Below, one piece after another: positions 62,297 through 64,000 of a stretch of DNA of 64,000 nt. The notes below the pieces were generated by a model, which searched no databases, was not told the DNA's origin, and was given only the letters and a program-made list of their open reading frames with translations. Each line of letters opens with the position of its first letter. Within the stretch, counting starts at the first letter, position 1. Both the position numbers and the translations under genes were made by a program. Where the stretch lies: assembly GCF_006345805.1 (NCBI RefSeq), contig NC_043000.1:79360001-79424000 (forward strand), written 5' to 3'. This DNA comes from Octopus sinensis (Eukaryota).

Positions 62297-62335
62297 CTGA
62301 GCTAATCCTTCTGCATCTCCTCTACTTTGACTTCT
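62297..62335 (-). CDS. Candidate 39-nt upstream HECW exon RSQSRGDAEGLAQ
   Basis: attatttag acceptor, CAG|GTGAGT donor, purine-rich, open only in phase 0. No homology support. Confidence 0.35.
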
Positions 62336-63228
62336 CTAAATAATTTGCAACCATTACCATTTAGCATGCTTTTATATATTTCCTTAACCTCATTTGTGGT
62401 CTCCTTATGTACTCTTCTTTCCAAATTTTTCTTGCTTGCTTAATATAAACACCCACTTTTTTATCTTTATTTCATTTCTTTCTTATTTTCTCCTCACAGA
62501 TGCGAGTATGTATGTGCACTTATATATGTAGATGTTTGTGTGTGTATGTAGGTATATTCATATGCTTATGGATGCATGCACTCACCTTTGGGCACTCAGG
62601 CATTTTTGTGTGTATACTTCCATACAAAAGAGTATAAGCACACTTGGTCATAGCCTGTACACATGTTTGCATGTGTGTGTGTTTGTGTGGCATTCTTATA
62701 TCTACTACATATAACTAATATATTATTTTTAAACAACCAAGGGAAATAACCCTAATGTATTATCTTTAAACACCCAAAGGAAATAACCCATTCAATTATG
62801 AAAGGGATCCTTATATATAGCGAAGGAAAATAACCCGTTCATGTTTGTAAATTATTTCGTATAAGTCAAACTGAGTAGGCTTTTTTCTTAGTACTTGGAC
62901 TATTTGAGTTATTTTCACAATTTATCCAGTACAACGCTTAAACAAGTAAATAGTATTTTCCTAGACAATTAATCCACTTATTTTGGTTAGTGACTTATTC
63001 ACGAATATACCAACACTAGCATGGATGACGGTAATATTTTCTGCAAACGCACAAAATCTTTTTTCAGAGTTATTCACTTAAAATTGTTATTATCTCATAA
63101 CTGATTAGCCTGTTATTACGTAACCTGCTTCATGATTTTAGTTTACTTACCTTATTAATATTTCCTCCTAAATTATATATACTCTGGGAACGTATTAAAG
63201 AATATTTGCAGTGTACTTTGTTAATATA

Positions 63229-64000
63229 ATGCTACTTACTCCATTACCAATTCGTCAGCAGATTATTAAGCTTCGAAGGAAGGATAATTTAAGTATTGGA
63301 TCTATTGCAAAGATTGTTAACAAGTCAAAAAGTGTTGTACACAGTATTCTTAAGGTCTACAATGATTGTGGTTCGTGTGAAGCAAGAAAGTTTACAGGTA
63401 GGCCACGAAAAACGACCAAGAGAGAAGATCGTGCTATGGTAAAGTTGGTTAAAAAGGACAGATTTAAAACTGCTGCTGCTGTTTCTCGGAAAATGAGCAT
63501 TGTACTGAAGAAAACGTTATCTCGAAAAACTGTGTCTCGTCATTTAGTTGAACATGACCAACAAGCAAGAGCACCTGCAGTGAAGCCACTGATCAGCTCC
63601 AAGAATAAAAAGTGTCGTCTTACCTTTGCAACCGAACATGGCAAATGGTGCATTTCAGTGATGAATCTAAGTTTATGCCATTTGGCTCAGATGGGAAAAG
63701 GTACGTTCGTAGAAAAGTAGGTGAAAAATTGTCGCCTAAATGCCTTAAGACTAGTGTTAAATTCGATGAAGGAAGTGTCATGGTTTGGGGGATGATATCT
63801 GGAGATGGTGTGGGCCCTTTGGTGCGATTACATGGAAAGGTAAATGCAGGAGTTTATAAACAACTTGTAAAAGATTATGTCTTGCCTGTGCTGAGAAATT
63901 CAACTAAGCGACCACCCATATTCATGCAGGACAATGCCCCATGTCACAAAGCTAAGGTGGTCATGAACTTCCTTAAGGCTGAAAAGGTTATTGTTATGGA
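63229..64000 (+). mobile_element. Tc1 transposase pseudogene running off the window end
   Basis: HTH region (SIGSIAKIVNKSKSVVHSIL, GRPRKTT). After a frameshift at ~63640: HFSDESKF, SVMVWGMI, FMQDNAPCH. Confidence 0.9.

Overview
AT-rich eukaryotic genomic DNA. The SINE, LINE and microsatellite landscape looks like an octopod cephalopod (inference from repeat content, no database search). One host gene spans most of the window on the minus strand: a HECW1/2 (NEDL)-family HECT E3 ubiquitin ligase. I traced 15 coding exons by hand from 48649 to 174, all with GT-AG ends and consistent phases. They encode a 717-codon disordered exon, WW1, the helical box, WW2 and the N-lobe of HECT. The 5' exons (HECW_N/C2) and the 3' end of HECT were not found in the window. 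The introns hold CR1 and RTE LINEs, two piggyBacs plus a MITE, mariner, Merlin, Chapaev3, Helitrons, Tigger, a Gypsy LTR element, two Tc1 elements and tRNA-SINEs. The most unusual object is a young 2612-bp Merlin transposon (15932-18543, 8-bp TSD GCAGGATG) with an intact 301-aa transposase. Its two ~810-bp arms are near-perfect inverted repeats that include the last ~44 codons of the transposase, a SINE fragment and microsatellites. A perfect 21-bp hairpin marks the inner junction of the right arm. This suggests the 5' end was replaced by a foldback copy of the 3' end, and the element could form a long dsRNA stem inside the HECW pre-mRNA. Other notable items are an indel-riddled tandem copy of a HECT exon, a Gypsy derivative with a triplicated LTR-end/PBS unit and no RT/RNase H, a PHD-like finger inside an RTE reverse transcriptase, and a His/Ser repeat insertion after WW2.
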